64,000 nucleotides of DNA from a virus. Lineage: Duplodnaviria; Caudoviricetes. Below are positions 28,903 through 38,685 of the stretch, in pieces (the first letter of the stretch is position 1; each line of letters opens with the position of its first letter). The stretch lies in the IMG/VR virus record IMGVR_UViG_3300037067_021710; one strand, written 5' to 3'. The position numbers and the translations under genes are program-made. The notes under the pieces are model-generated. The model did no database searches. It was not told the origin of the DNA and saw only the letters and a program-made list of their open reading frames with translations.

Positions 28903-31092
28903 CTATTTTAGCTCTCCGTTTTCTATTTCAAATACTTTTACTTCTGGTAAAGTATTAAAAAAGTCCTTTGTATCTTCGCAATGAGAAATCACAAATATTT
29001 GTTCAAAGTTTTCATTTAATACTGCTTTATATAATTTTAAAGATGCTGTTGTAGAAGCATCTGAGTCTATTTCATCAAGCACTAAAAAGTTCAAATTTTG
29101 TAAATGAGTTAAAGCAATTCGAAAAGAAGTAGCAAAAATTTGTTTTTCAAAGCCACTTAACATCGATACTGGGTGCCAATCGTTAGAATTTTCAGAATAA
29201 AAGAATTCTATTCCACGATCGACTTGACGAAAATCAATTAAGTATTCTCCATAAGCTTTTTGAAAAAAATCATTCATTTTTTGCTTTATATAAGTGCTTG
29301 CTAAATCAACAAGATGAGCACTAAAATCTTTATCAAGTAGTATATGAGTCTCTTTAATAACAGCAGCGTCTTCTCTATATTTAAAAATTTGCTTTTCTAA
29401 TATAGAAACTTTTTTAACTATATCTTTCTTTTGCTTATCAATTTTATCATTAAACTCTTCTGCTTTATTTTTATCATTTAGTCTTAGTTCATAGTCTGAA
29501 AGCAATTGTTTTATTTGCAAATAAAGTTTTTCATCATATTGCGATAAGAAAATAAAGTCATTTGGCTTTTGAATTTTTAAATATTCTTCAATCTTAGATT
29601 CAATGCTTATTTTAATTTTTTCCAGTTCAATAACTTTCTTTTCTTTCTCTTTATTTTTAATAAGAATCTCATTGTATTTTTGTTTTGTTTGTGTTAACTC
29701 AACTTTTTTTATAGTAAGTTCATTTTGTTGTTTTTGCAATAAGCTTAATTTAGCTTTATCAGGTTCAATAATATTTGAATAACTTTCTAATTTTGTTGTA
29801 AATTCAGTAATATCTTTATTCCATATATCTAACCTAGATTGAATAATTTTATTATCTCGTTGTATATTTTCATAGTCTTTAAAAGAAGTTTCCGCTTCTT
29901 TAATAGCAATATCTATTCTATTAAAGTCTTCAGAGAGCAAACTAATTTGACTTTTTAAATCATCTATAAAATTAGTTATATACTTAGCTCCGCAAGTAGG
30001 ACACTCGCCATTTTGTATTGCTTTTAATTTATCCTTTGATTTAATTAATAAATCTCGAATTTCAATACGTTGCTTTTTATCTCCATCAATTGACTCTTGA
30101 GAAATAGTAAGACGAGGAAGCCGTTTAATTTGATTTTCAGAAATAAGTTTATTTCGTTCTTCTAATTTAGTGGTTATATCAATCTTTTCATTTTGAATTT
30201 TATTATAAGATTCAATATCTTTTCTTAAAGACATCATTTCTAAACTAAAATTATGAAGAGTCTTTTCACATTCAACTAAAATAGTGTCATCAAATTCAAC
30301 AATTTCTTCAAATCCAATATTTTCTAATACCTGAAGAATTTCTTTAAGTTTAGTTTCTTGAGTTAATAATTCTTTCTGAGTTGAATTATATTGAAATAGT
30401 TGTTCTTTGTATACTTCATGATTTTTAAGTTCTTCATCATAGATCTTCTTCTCAGTCTCTTGAAATAATAATTTGTTGTTAGTGTCATCTAAATTTATTT
30501 CTAATAACTCGGGAACTGGTAGATAGTCAAAAGAAATTCCATTAAGTGTTTTTATTTCAGTTTCACAAGTCTCTATCTGCTTACCAATCTCTTTTACATC
30601 TTCCTTCATTTTGTCAACTATTTCATTGATCTTTTGTATTTTAGAAATAATTTTTATTTTTTGAAGTCGAGGAGTTGGTTTTTCAAATAATAACTCAGTA
30701 CTCTTATGTTGCATCGCTATATTTGAATAAAGAGTTATTTCTGGATCTATAAATGTAACCAGTTCTTTAACAGCATCTGATTTATAAAAAGCTGAGTCAT
30801 CATTAAAGTCAATAACTAATTTCCTATCAGTACCTTTACCTGCTTTAATAGTGTATTCAAAATCTTTTCCTACATGATGAAACTTTGTAAAAATTTTAAA
30901 TTCTTTTTGAAACCACCGAACGTACTCTTCAATTTTTTCATCAAGAGTATTTGTCATTAAAAAAGTAAGAGCTTCAAAAATAGCAGATTTTCCTTGCCCA
31001 GTTTCACCAATAATTAAATTTATTTTACCAAACTGTAAAGTAGCTTCTCTAATATTTTTAAAGTCTTTAAGATATAAATCATTTATAAACAT
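28903..31092 (-). CDS. SbcC/Rad50-like recombination ATPase (gp46-like)
   Basis: GETGQGKS, coiled coil with CPTC hook, LSGFEK signature, LDEID, ISH. Confidence 0.92.
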   Translation of the reverse strand: MFINDLYLKDFKNIREATLQFGKINLIIGETGQGKSAIFEALTFLMTNTLDEKIEEYVRWFQKEFKIFTKFHHVGKDFEYTIKAGKGTDRKLVIDFNDDSAFYKSDAVKELVTFIDPEITLYSNIAMQHKSTELLFEKPTPRLQKIKIISKIQKINEIVDKMKEDVKEIGKQIETCETEIKTLNGISFDYLPVPELLEINLDDTNNKLLFQETEKKIYDEELKNHEVYKEQLFQYNSTQKELLTQETKLKEILQVLENIGFEEIVEFDDTILVECEKTLHNFSLEMMSLRKDIESYNKIQNEKIDITTKLEERNKLISENQIKRLPRLTISQESIDGDKKQRIEIRDLLIKSKDKLKAIQNGECPTCGAKYITNFIDDLKSQISLLSEDFNRIDIAIKEAETSFKDYENIQRDNKIIQSRLDIWNKDITEFTTKLESYSNIIEPDKAKLSLLQKQQNELTIKKVELTQTKQKYNEILIKNKEKEKKVIELEKIKISIESKIEEYLKIQKPNDFIFLSQYDEKLYLQIKQLLSDYELRLNDKNKAEEFNDKIDKQKKDIVKKVSILEKQIFKYREDAAVIKETHILLDKDFSAHLVDLASTYIKQKMNDFFQKAYGEYLIDFRQVDRGIEFFYSENSNDWHPVSMLSGFEKQIFATSFRIALTHLQNLNFLVLDEIDSDASTTASLKLYKAVLNENFEQIFVISHCEDTKDFFNTLPEVKVFEIENGELK

Positions 31093-31095
31093 TAC

Positions 31096-31407
31096 TTATT
31101 CAATTCCTTTATAATAGTAACACTTTTGATTTTTTTCAACAATAATTCCTTCTTTAACAATTAAGTTATTTCTAATATATGGATCTTCAGATTTAACATT
31201 TACATTTGGTTTTGCATATAAATTTACTAAACCGTAACTTGACTTAGAAATTCCGCTTTTAATTATTTCAGAAGGTAAATCTTGAGATAATAAGACACTA
31301 TAATAATCTATTTTGTATTTTATTGCGGTAAATAAAAGGCATCCTACATAGTCTTTTATTTTAGCTTTCCTACTATGAACACAAGATAAACAATTTTTAA
31401 TTACCAT
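31096..31407 (-). CDS. hypothetical Cys-containing protein
   Basis: CLSC..GC...C pattern. Confidence 0.5.
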   Translation of the reverse strand: MVIKNCLSCVHSRKAKIKDYVGCLLFTAIKYKIDYYSVLLSQDLPSEIIKSGISKSSYGLVNLYAKPNVNVKSEDPYIRNNLIVKEGIIVEKNQKCYYYKGIE

Positions 31408-31567
31408 AACATTAAAGTCTTATAAATATAGAATACAAAAAGGCTAAGAAATAAAAATCCAAAAATTTCTGGAATTAAATCTTCTTTCGAAAATTTAGAT
31501 AATTTCAATACACGAAGAATTATACCAAGCACTAGAAAAATAAGAAGAAAAATTCCTAAATAATACA

Positions 31568-31804
31568 TTAGTTATTTTCCTCTAGTTCTTCAAGACCTGC
31601 AGTACTTTCATAAAATTCAATGATATCTTTCATACCAAGCAGAATAATATCAAGATTAAAACCAGACCCTAACATTGCTCTTACAAAAGTATGTACAAAT
31701 TCAGTAGAAGATGATACTGAGGTTTTATCAGCTTCACACACTTCGCAAAAATCTATTTGATTTCCAATAAGTGGATTAGTGGATTCAATTCTAATCTTCA
31801 ACAT
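31568..31804 (-). CDS. hypothetical protein
   Basis: 78-aa ORF overlapping the recA end. Confidence 0.5.
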   Translation of the reverse strand: MLKIRIESTNPLIGNQIDFCEVCEADKTSVSSSTEFVHTFVRAMLGSGFNLDIILLGMKDIIEFYESTAGLEELEENN

Positions 31805-32972
31805 TATCTTTTTCCTTTCTTGACTTTCGTTGTTTTTTCTCTTCAGCTTCTACAACTGCAGCAAAAGACTCTGGCTCGGGTTTTACACGTTTATTCATAA
31901 AAGCAGTTATGGTTGGTTTTAGTTCTTGTAGTACCTGAGCATTCTCTTCAATATAAGTTTGAAACTTAGGCCACCCATAGAATTTCTGATTATTTATTTC
32001 ATAATAAGTACCATCTAGATCTTCAATAAAAGAAGTCTTATCAGGAGTTTTAGAGTAACGTTTTATTAGCCCAATACTTAAAGCTATATCAAGAAGCTCT
32101 TCATCTTTGTCTACACCAATTTTTGTAGGATGATTAACATATACTGAAGTTTCAATAATTCGTTTTGGAGGCCCGACCTTGTTTTTTTCTACTCGAATTT
32201 TTGTCCGAAACCCATGTGGATTATCTTTAGGGCCAAGAATCCCGTCTTCACCACCTATTCTTCTAATATTAAGTCTAACAGAAGAATAGAAAGCAAGAGC
32301 AGATCCACCAGTTGCTATTTCGGGGTTATATTTTGACATTCCAGACCTAATTTGATTAATAAAAATTATGGTCGTTTTTGGATGTTGCATCATAATTGAA
32401 TTAAATTTTTTAAGCCCATTACTCATCAAACGGGCCAAAACCGCCATGTGAGAATCTGAATAAGACCCCTCATTCTCTTCATCAGTAGTCATAGTAGACA
32501 CAGAGTCTACACCAATTATATCTACTAAATTAGATGTAACCATGTCTTCAAGCATTTGATATGCATCAGCTCCTGATTTTGGTTTTAATAAAATAAATTT
32601 TTCTGGAGAACAATCTCCACCAAGTCTAATAAACCAATTTTTATCAAATGAATTTTCTAAATCAAGAAAGGCCGCCACTCCACCACTTTTCTGACACTCA
32701 ATTATAGTAAGTAAAGTAAACAAAGTTTTGCCGCCGCTTGGTGGGCCATAATATTCAAGAATTCTTCCTCTAGGAATTCCTTGTATGCCAATTGCAGCAT
32801 CAACTGCATAAGATCCTGATGAACATAATACAGGGACTTCTTCTATATCATCTCCTAAAATAACAGCTTTTTTACCAAAACTTTTAGTAAGACTTTTTTG
32901 TAAATCAGCTAATGTTTTAGGTTTTTTATTTTTTTTCTCTTCAGTTTGTTCTACTTGTTCTTCTGTACTCAT
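31791..32972 (-). CDS. recA: RecA/UvsX recombinase
   Basis: GIPRGRILEYYGPPSGGKT, VDSV, FINQIR, TGGSALAFYSSVR, KNKVGPP. Confidence 0.93.
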   Translation of the reverse strand: MSTEEQVEQTEEKKNKKPKTLADLQKSLTKSFGKKAVILGDDIEEVPVLCSSGSYAVDAAIGIQGIPRGRILEYYGPPSGGKTLFTLLTIIECQKSGGVAAFLDLENSFDKNWFIRLGGDCSPEKFILLKPKSGADAYQMLEDMVTSNLVDIIGVDSVSTMTTDEENEGSYSDSHMAVLARLMSNGLKKFNSIMMQHPKTTIIFINQIRSGMSKYNPEIATGGSALAFYSSVRLNIRRIGGEDGILGPKDNPHGFRTKIRVEKNKVGPPKRIIETSVYVNHPTKIGVDKDEELLDIALSIGLIKRYSKTPDKTSFIEDLDGTYYEINNQKFYGWPKFQTYIEENAQVLQELKPTITAFMNKRVKPEPESFAAVVEAEEKKQRKSRKEKDNVED

Positions 32973-32973
32973 T

Positions 32974-33495
32974 TTAATTCTCCTTTGCTTTTTGTAACCA
33001 AGTCAGTCTTTCTTCTTTTGTAATTTTTTCATTTGTAACTGGATGTTTAAAACTGTCCAATCTTTGATGAAATAATCTTCCTAAAATTACCCCATTTGAA
33101 GGATTATATTTTAAATCTATATCGGTGTCTTTTGGAAGTATATGAGCAACATCTAAATTTTCATTTAGCCATAAGTCTTCATTAAAATTGTCTTCTATAT
33201 ATTTTTTTTCATCATCAGTTAATATATTCCAAATTCTGCAATACTTCTGCCAATTTTTCTTTTTTGAAAACCCATCAAAACTTCCAAAAGTCTGCTTCCA
33301 GACTTCTGTTACAAAAGAAGCATATTCATAATTTAAAGCAACTATTCTTTTAGCTTTTTTAAGTTTTACTTTATTCCATTTAGTAAAACATCGAAGTTGT
33401 TTTTCTTCTTGTAAACATCGTTCAGAATAAGTTGAATGCCGATAACAAAAACGCTTTGTACAAAAGTCAGAAAATTCTTTAAAGTCCAAAATCAT
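32974..33495 (-). CDS. HNH-like endonuclease
   Basis: LDVAHILPK...NGVILGRLFHQRLD. Confidence 0.55.
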   Translation of the reverse strand: MILDFKEFSDFCTKRFCYRHSTYSERCLQEEKQLRCFTKWNKVKLKKAKRIVALNYEYASFVTEVWKQTFGSFDGFSKKKNWQKYCRIWNILTDDEKKYIEDNFNEDLWLNENLDVAHILPKDTDIDLKYNPSNGVILGRLFHQRLDSFKHPVTNEKITKEERLTWLQKAKEN

Positions 33496-33778
33496 GTTTC
33501 CTTTTCAAAAAATATTTCAAAACTTTATCTTTACCATTAAGTATTTTTTCTTTACATATTAACCACAACATTATAATTAAAATTGATATAACTATAATAG
33601 GAGACAAAGGACTAAAACAACCATAAAATATAGTTTTATTAAACCATTTGCTCTTATTTTCATAGAAAAAATATAAGTATAATTCATGAGCTATTGGAAT
33701 AAAACAAAGCCACATAATAACATAAGATATGATGGGAATAATTAACCACAATAATGACATAAAAAAAATTCTCCTCAA
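33479..33778 (-). CDS. membrane protein
   Basis: Two hydrophobic segments; true start is likely MSLLWL after GAGGAG. Confidence 0.55.
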   Translation of the reverse strand: MRRIFFMSLLWLIIPIISYVIMWLCFIPIAHELYLYFFYENKSKWFNKTIFYGCFSPLSPIIVISILIIMLWLICKEKILNGKDKVLKYFLKRKHDFGL

Positions 33779-33785
33779 AAATTAT

Positions 33786-33886
33786 ATAAAATTATAGTAG
33801 GAAACGTTTGGTTTCTTTACTAGCTATAATACAAATAACGTTCAAACAAGACCCATTAACTTGGTTATATCCTACTATAATTTTAT
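33786..33886. repeat. 17-bp perfect inverted repeat
   Basis: ATAAAATTATAGTAGGA (33786-33802) and TCCTACTATAATTTTAT (33870-33886). Confidence 0.75.
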
Positions 33887-33892
33887 TAGAAA

Positions 33893-35260
33893 TTATTTTG
33901 CATTAAAATCAGTACCACATTCAGGGCAAATATACACGGTGTTTGGCAAGAAAGTTCTCTCTGTAGTTCCTGCATATACACAAGTTGCTGTATCACAAGG
34001 CAATAGATTAGTTCCAGCTTTCCAAATAGGTACATTACCTTTAACTTCTTGAAGAGCTTTCTTAATATCTGCCTGGTCATCTGTCGAAAGTTTAGCCCAA
34101 TAAGGAAATACCTTAGTATAATCAATCTCTGAAGACTCTTTTTTAACTTCCCTTTGAGGTCTTTCTGCTACAGGAGCTTCTTTACTTTCTTTATTAGCAG
34201 ATTCAGGAATTTCTTGATGCTCAGTTTCATCTTGAGTAGTTTCAGTTTCTTGATTAGCAGCTTTTTCACTCTTCTCTTTGTCTACTAACTCACCAAGTTC
34301 TTTAGAAAAAGATTCACCAAGTTCAGCATCAGTCATTTTGAATAAGCCAACAATGTTTCTATATAACTTATCATAACTTGCATGAGGAGTTAGTTTATCA
34401 ACATCATAGCGTTCATATGCTTCTTCTTCTGCAGTAATAGGGTCTACTTTAGCAAGTTGTAAAGAAAGAGCTTCAAGCTTTTTCTCAGTAGCATCTTTTA
34501 CTATAACAGGATTTTGCCCATCTCCAGTAGTACGGGCAATAACATCAATATCCCAATGATGATGATATTTAATAACGTTTTCCCAGATGCAATCATATGC
34601 TGTTTTGCTAATACCCACATTATTAACAAACTCAACTACTTCTTCTTTACCATCAGCATTAACACGAGTAAAAGGATTTATAGCATCATAAAGAAGTTTA
34701 GTATGCTTGTTTTGTACACACCAATCGTCCATACGATCTATAACATTCATCAATACTCGTTTAATAGGATAAAACTTTGGAGGATATTTAGCTCCTTCTT
34801 TTGTATTAGCTTGGACACGAGCAAAACATTTTGTACCAGAATGGAGAGGAATATACTTCCCATTTTTACCATCACCAAGAGCAGCTTTTTCAGCATCAGA
34901 ATAATTATACCATTTAGCTTCAGTGATTTTTTTGTAAAGACGGTAAAGAATCCAGCTTTCATCTAACTCAGGAATACCATCCTCATTTAGAATAGTTTTC
35001 CAAATAATATGAGTATACCCTGCTTGCCCATCCTTTATAATCCTGCTAAAAAATACTAATTTTGAATCAAAAGCATTTTTACGATTTTCAAAAGGCAAGC
35101 CAACAATTCGAAAAACCTTTTCAGTACGTGGTTCATCACCTACGCGAAGACCAAGTTTTTCTGTTTTAACAAATTCAAAAGTCCCTGTGTTTGTTTTTTT
35201 ACGAGCTTCTCTAGCTTTTTGCGATTCCCTTTTTTGTACGGCATCATCAAATACTGTCAT
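33893..35260 (-). CDS. putative single-stranded DNA-binding protein (gp32-like) with C-terminal zinc ribbon
   Basis: KVFRIVG, RVLMNVIDR, acidic linker, CPECG; own promoter; upstream of recA; start MTVFDD after GAGG. Confidence 0.5.
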   Translation of the reverse strand: MTVFDDAVQKRESQKAREARKKTNTGTFEFVKTEKLGLRVGDEPRTEKVFRIVGLPFENRKNAFDSKLVFFSRIIKDGQAGYTHIIWKTILNEDGIPELDESWILYRLYKKITEAKWYNYSDAEKAALGDGKNGKYIPLHSGTKCFARVQANTKEGAKYPPKFYPIKRVLMNVIDRMDDWCVQNKHTKLLYDAINPFTRVNADGKEEVVEFVNNVGISKTAYDCIWENVIKYHHHWDIDVIARTTGDGQNPVIVKDATEKKLEALSLQLAKVDPITAEEEAYERYDVDKLTPHASYDKLYRNIVGLFKMTDAELGESFSKELGELVDKEKSEKAANQETETTQDETEHQEIPESANKESKEAPVAERPQREVKKESSEIDYTKVFPYWAKLSTDDQADIKKALQEVKGNVPIWKAGTNLLPCDTATCVYAGTTERTFLPNTVYICPECGTDFNAK

Positions 35261-35340
35261 AAATTTTACCTCTTTTTTAGATGCTAAAAGCATCAGTGTT
35301 TTATATATACAAACTCATTTGAGTTTATAAAATTTAATTA

Positions 35341-35685
35341 TTAGTGCTTCTGAGCAGAAAAACTTTCCTGAAGTTCTTTATATAGAACAGGTTGAGCTAA
35401 GTCATCAAGTCCAACTTTAGTTAAACAAGTAATAGCTTCTTTAACTTCAGTATATCGTATAAAGATATCATAGAAAAACAATAATAACGTACGTAGGTTT
35501 GCAAGATCTACTTCTTTTCCTTTATCAAAAATAAATAGCTCAAGGGCTTCAAGTTCTTTTGAAAGACAGTCTTTTTCTTCATCTTCAAGTACATTTTTAC
35601 TTAAATATTCAATAAAGGTACCCATATCAGTTGTATTGATACCTAAGCTTTTAAAAATATCATCTTCATTATGATTTACTTTCAT
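35341..35685 (-). CDS. hypothetical protein
   Basis: 114-aa ORF with GGAG SD, first gene of the leftward arm. Confidence 0.6.
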   Translation of the reverse strand: MKVNHNEDDIFKSLGINTTDMGTFIEYLSKNVLEDEEKDCLSKELEALELFIFDKGKEVDLANLRTLLLFFYDIFIRYTEVKEAITCLTKVGLDDLAQPVLYKELQESFSAQKH

Positions 35686-35711
35686 ATACTAATTTCTCCG
35701 TGGTTTATTAT

Positions 35712-35816
35712 ATAATACAAATCAACGCAAATTGTAGAAATTTTTTTATGCGAAATAAAAATTTCTAGTTTTCTCACACTTTTGTATTCTAATAATATCT
35801 GCCATTATACTAATAA
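35712..35816. promoter_or_regulatory. divergent promoter region at the strand switch
   Basis: TTTGTATTAT (minus, 35712-21), TTTGTATTCT (plus, 35781-90), inverted repeat TAGAAATTTTT/AAAAATTTCTA (35735-67), TACTAATAA (plus, 35808-16). Confidence 0.65.
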
Positions 35817-35840
35817 CAATAATAACCTTGAGAGGGTAGT

Positions 35841-37667
35841 TTGATATCTGAAATAGAGCAATTAAAATTTAACATTTATAATGATAATTTTTTTGAACCA
35901 GAAACTTATAAGTTAATTAAACCTCGTTTACTAGACTTTTTATATACACTAGGATTTAATTTAACAGGTACTAGAAGACAAGCACATAAAGCAATATTTG
36001 TAGGGTCAGAAAGTGAAAATCCACTTCATCTTACAGGTATAAGTTGGTGGTCAGACCATAAAGAAGATATTAATAATGGAAAGGTTTATATTGCAAATAA
36101 AAATAACCTTGATGTTATGATACCATTATCCTTAAAAAATGCTGACACAATACAAAAGCATTATGAAACTCAATTTAGTAACCGAGTATATAATAAAGTA
36201 AAAAATGATATTATTGATGAAGAAACTAAGCAATTAGCAATTACCTGCAGAAAAATTTCAAAAGTATACGGACTTTCAAAGCATCCTAAGAGCAATATTG
36301 CTTGTTTTGATATTGATGCTCATCCTACAAGTATAGAAAATACAGAATTTTTTAAACAACAAGCCTTATCGACCCTACATATTTTATTAGATGAGTTAAA
36401 TTACAAAGAGCCACTATATATAGAAATTTCTAAAAATGGTGGATTTCATGTTTATTATGAATTTGATAAACCAGTAAAACCTGAAATATTAAAAAAGTTC
36501 GTTGATTATATAAAAGATAAGTATAATTCAGAAACGTTTACAATTAATATTGATTTAAATTGGACAAATAAAATTCTTCAATTACCCATGAGCGTGTATT
36601 ATCGGCCTATTAAACTATTAAATGCAGACACAAAAGATATTTCAAAAGTCAAATTTGAGTTTATAAGTACTCCTTTAGAAGCAATTAACCTCGTTAAAAC
36701 TAACTTAAATAAGAACATTGTGTCTTATGATTCCATAAAAATTAAATTTGAAGATATAGAAGAAGAGTATTCAGGGTCTATTTTCAAAAATACATATGAG
36801 ACTCCAGTCAAATTTAGTACTAAAAAAGATCTTTTTTATGGGGCTGGAACCCGACATGAGACATGGTTCACAAAAGGAGCAGTATTCTTTTATTATAAAA
36901 AGTCAAATGGTACTCTTGAATCTTTTACTGAAATTGTATTAAGCTATGACAAAGGCAGTAATGATATTAAAAATGATCAAGCTAAAACTATTTTGAATGC
37001 TTTCAAATGGGTTCAAGAGCATTTTGATATGTCAAAACTAAAAACTCAAGTTGCTCAAGCATCTTCTGACTTTGTTTCAAATCAGCCTTATATAGAAAAA
37101 TATGGTTATCAAAATCTTATCTCAGCTATATCTAAAGTAGCACTTCAAAAACATTTTTCATCATATTCTATTGCTTGGCAGGTTAAAGCACTCCCACTTA
37201 TTAAAGATTATTACACAGAAGTCATTGGTAGAATGTTATTTGAACATGACACTAATTACACTATTAGCATCCACAAAAAAGTTAGGCTAACAGCTAAATT
37301 TAAAAAAGAATTAGAAAAATGTTATTTCTTCTCATTCGATCTTCTCGCTAAACATCTTTCACCAAAATATAAAAATATTAATATTTTAAAAGTACTTCGG
37401 GTACTCAATTCAGACAACATGGTTATTTCTCAAGCACATGGTCATCTTAATCTCCCTACTATTAAAATAAAAAAATCTTATAAAATTAATAAAAATATAA
37501 GTATAGATACCCTATACCAAGACTTAACTTTAAAATTGAAAAAAACATTAGAGCAATCAAAAAATATATTATTATACGTTAAACAAGCAAATGATACAAA
37601 AAATGAAAAATGTAAACTTTTATTAGATTTTTCAGATATTGACCTGAATTTAATAAATTTTTGGTAA
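35841..37667 (+). CDS. AEP-type primase-polymerase / replication protein
   Basis: CFDID (motif I), ISKNGGFHVYY (motif II), LQLP; GTRHE PriCT-like segment. Confidence 0.7.
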   Translation: MISEIEQLKFNIYNDNFFEPETYKLIKPRLLDFLYTLGFNLTGTRRQAHKAIFVGSESENPLHLTGISWWSDHKEDINNGKVYIANKNNLDVMIPLSLKNADTIQKHYETQFSNRVYNKVKNDIIDEETKQLAITCRKISKVYGLSKHPKSNIACFDIDAHPTSIENTEFFKQQALSTLHILLDELNYKEPLYIEISKNGGFHVYYEFDKPVKPEILKKFVDYIKDKYNSETFTINIDLNWTNKILQLPMSVYYRPIKLLNADTKDISKVKFEFISTPLEAINLVKTNLNKNIVSYDSIKIKFEDIEEEYSGSIFKNTYETPVKFSTKKDLFYGAGTRHETWFTKGAVFFYYKKSNGTLESFTEIVLSYDKGSNDIKNDQAKTILNAFKWVQEHFDMSKLKTQVAQASSDFVSNQPYIEKYGYQNLISAISKVALQKHFSSYSIAWQVKALPLIKDYYTEVIGRMLFEHDTNYTISIHKKVRLTAKFKKELEKCYFFSFDLLAKHLSPKYKNINILKVLRVLNSDNMVISQAHGHLNLPTIKIKKSYKINKNISIDTLYQDLTLKLKKTLEQSKNILLYVKQANDTKNEKCKLLLDFSDIDLNLINFW

Positions 37668-37725
37668 TTTTTTATAATTAGTTTTGTATTCTTTAACTAA
37701 TAATCATAGACAATTGGAGAAATTT

Positions 37726-37959
37726 ATGGGTTGGAATTACAAAGAAGCTAATAATTTACGTGTTGGTGATAAACTACTTCAAAAAAGAACAAAAGAAGTT
37801 TGTGAAATAAAAAGCATTCTTGTAGATGACACTACATTTAAAACATCTCGTGTTGATGACACTTTTATGTTTTATGGTTTTAATGTAAAACGAAAAGCTT
37901 TGTCTCGACTTTTTGAAGTTAACACTACTGGGGAATTAAAAGTAATAATTGAGGGGTAG
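37726..37959 (+). CDS. hypothetical protein
   Basis: Start moved to ATG 37726 after GGAG; LRVGDKL small beta-barrel-like motif. Confidence 0.55.
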   Translation: MGWNYKEANNLRVGDKLLQKRTKEVCEIKSILVDDTTFKTSRVDDTFMFYGFNVKRKALSRLFEVNTTGELKVIIEG

Positions 37960-37964
37960 CTCTT

Positions 37965-38417
37965 ATGGAACTATCAGGTAAAGAAACTCGAATACGAGAG
38001 TCTTTGAAGTCTATAACTTTAGTATTTAATAATTTGAATATACTTCAACAAGGAGCTAAAGGTGATGAAAAGTTAGTCTTGATTGAATTGTATTCTAAAG
38101 CTAATGCAATTAGATTAGCATTGATTCAATTGAATACTGATAAAGAAAAATTTATACAGTCTCATTTGGCTCCTAAAAAAGAAGCTATAACTTCTTCTAA
38201 AGAAGTTAGAAAAACAATGAGTCCTATTGATTTTGAGGTGGCTGAAAAATTACCAAAAATTATAATTAAGCCCAATAAGGAGCTTATTAAAAATTCAAAA
38301 ACTAGCATGAGAATAGACGAAAAAACAGTAAATGATGAAGTAAGTAAAAAATTACTAGATATTGGTAAAAATTTAGAAGACACAGAAGACATAAATCCAG
38401 GCGAATTAGGAGAGTAA
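37965..38417 (+). CDS. hypothetical protein
   Basis: 150-aa ORF with GAGG SD. Confidence 0.6.
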   Translation: MELSGKETRIRESLKSITLVFNNLNILQQGAKGDEKLVLIELYSKANAIRLALIQLNTDKEKFIQSHLAPKKEAITSSKEVRKTMSPIDFEVAEKLPKIIIKPNKELIKNSKTSMRIDEKTVNDEVSKKLLDIGKNLEDTEDINPGELGE

Positions 38418-38420
38418 ATA

Positions 38421-38681
38421 ATGCAATTTGCAGACTTCGTTTGCAGAGATTGTGGTTATAAGTTTGATGTTTGTAAAATGAGAGTTTTAGATAATTTTTC
38501 TGACATGAAAGAATTATGTCCACAATGTAAGAGTAAGAACACCGGGCCTCAATTAAAAGTAGCTATGCATGATGTTGCCGCTGGGAAATGTGGAAATAGC
38601 GAAACTGGGTATTCAACAGGAGTAACTTATCATCCAAGTACAGTAGGCAAAGTCAAAGGAACTAAAATTAAGAAGAGGTAA
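38421..38681 (+). CDS. FmdB-like zinc-ribbon protein
   Basis: DFVCRDCGYKFD...CPQCKS. Confidence 0.7.
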   Translation: MQFADFVCRDCGYKFDVCKMRVLDNFSDMKELCPQCKSKNTGPQLKVAMHDVAAGKCGNSETGYSTGVTYHPSTVGKVKGTKIKKR

Positions 38682-38685
38682 AAGC

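Noticed and set aside
7964-37692. Bacteroidota host inferred from TAnnTTTG
   Set aside because: Only 3 of 12 sites fit, and genes use clear GGAG/GAGG SD sequences
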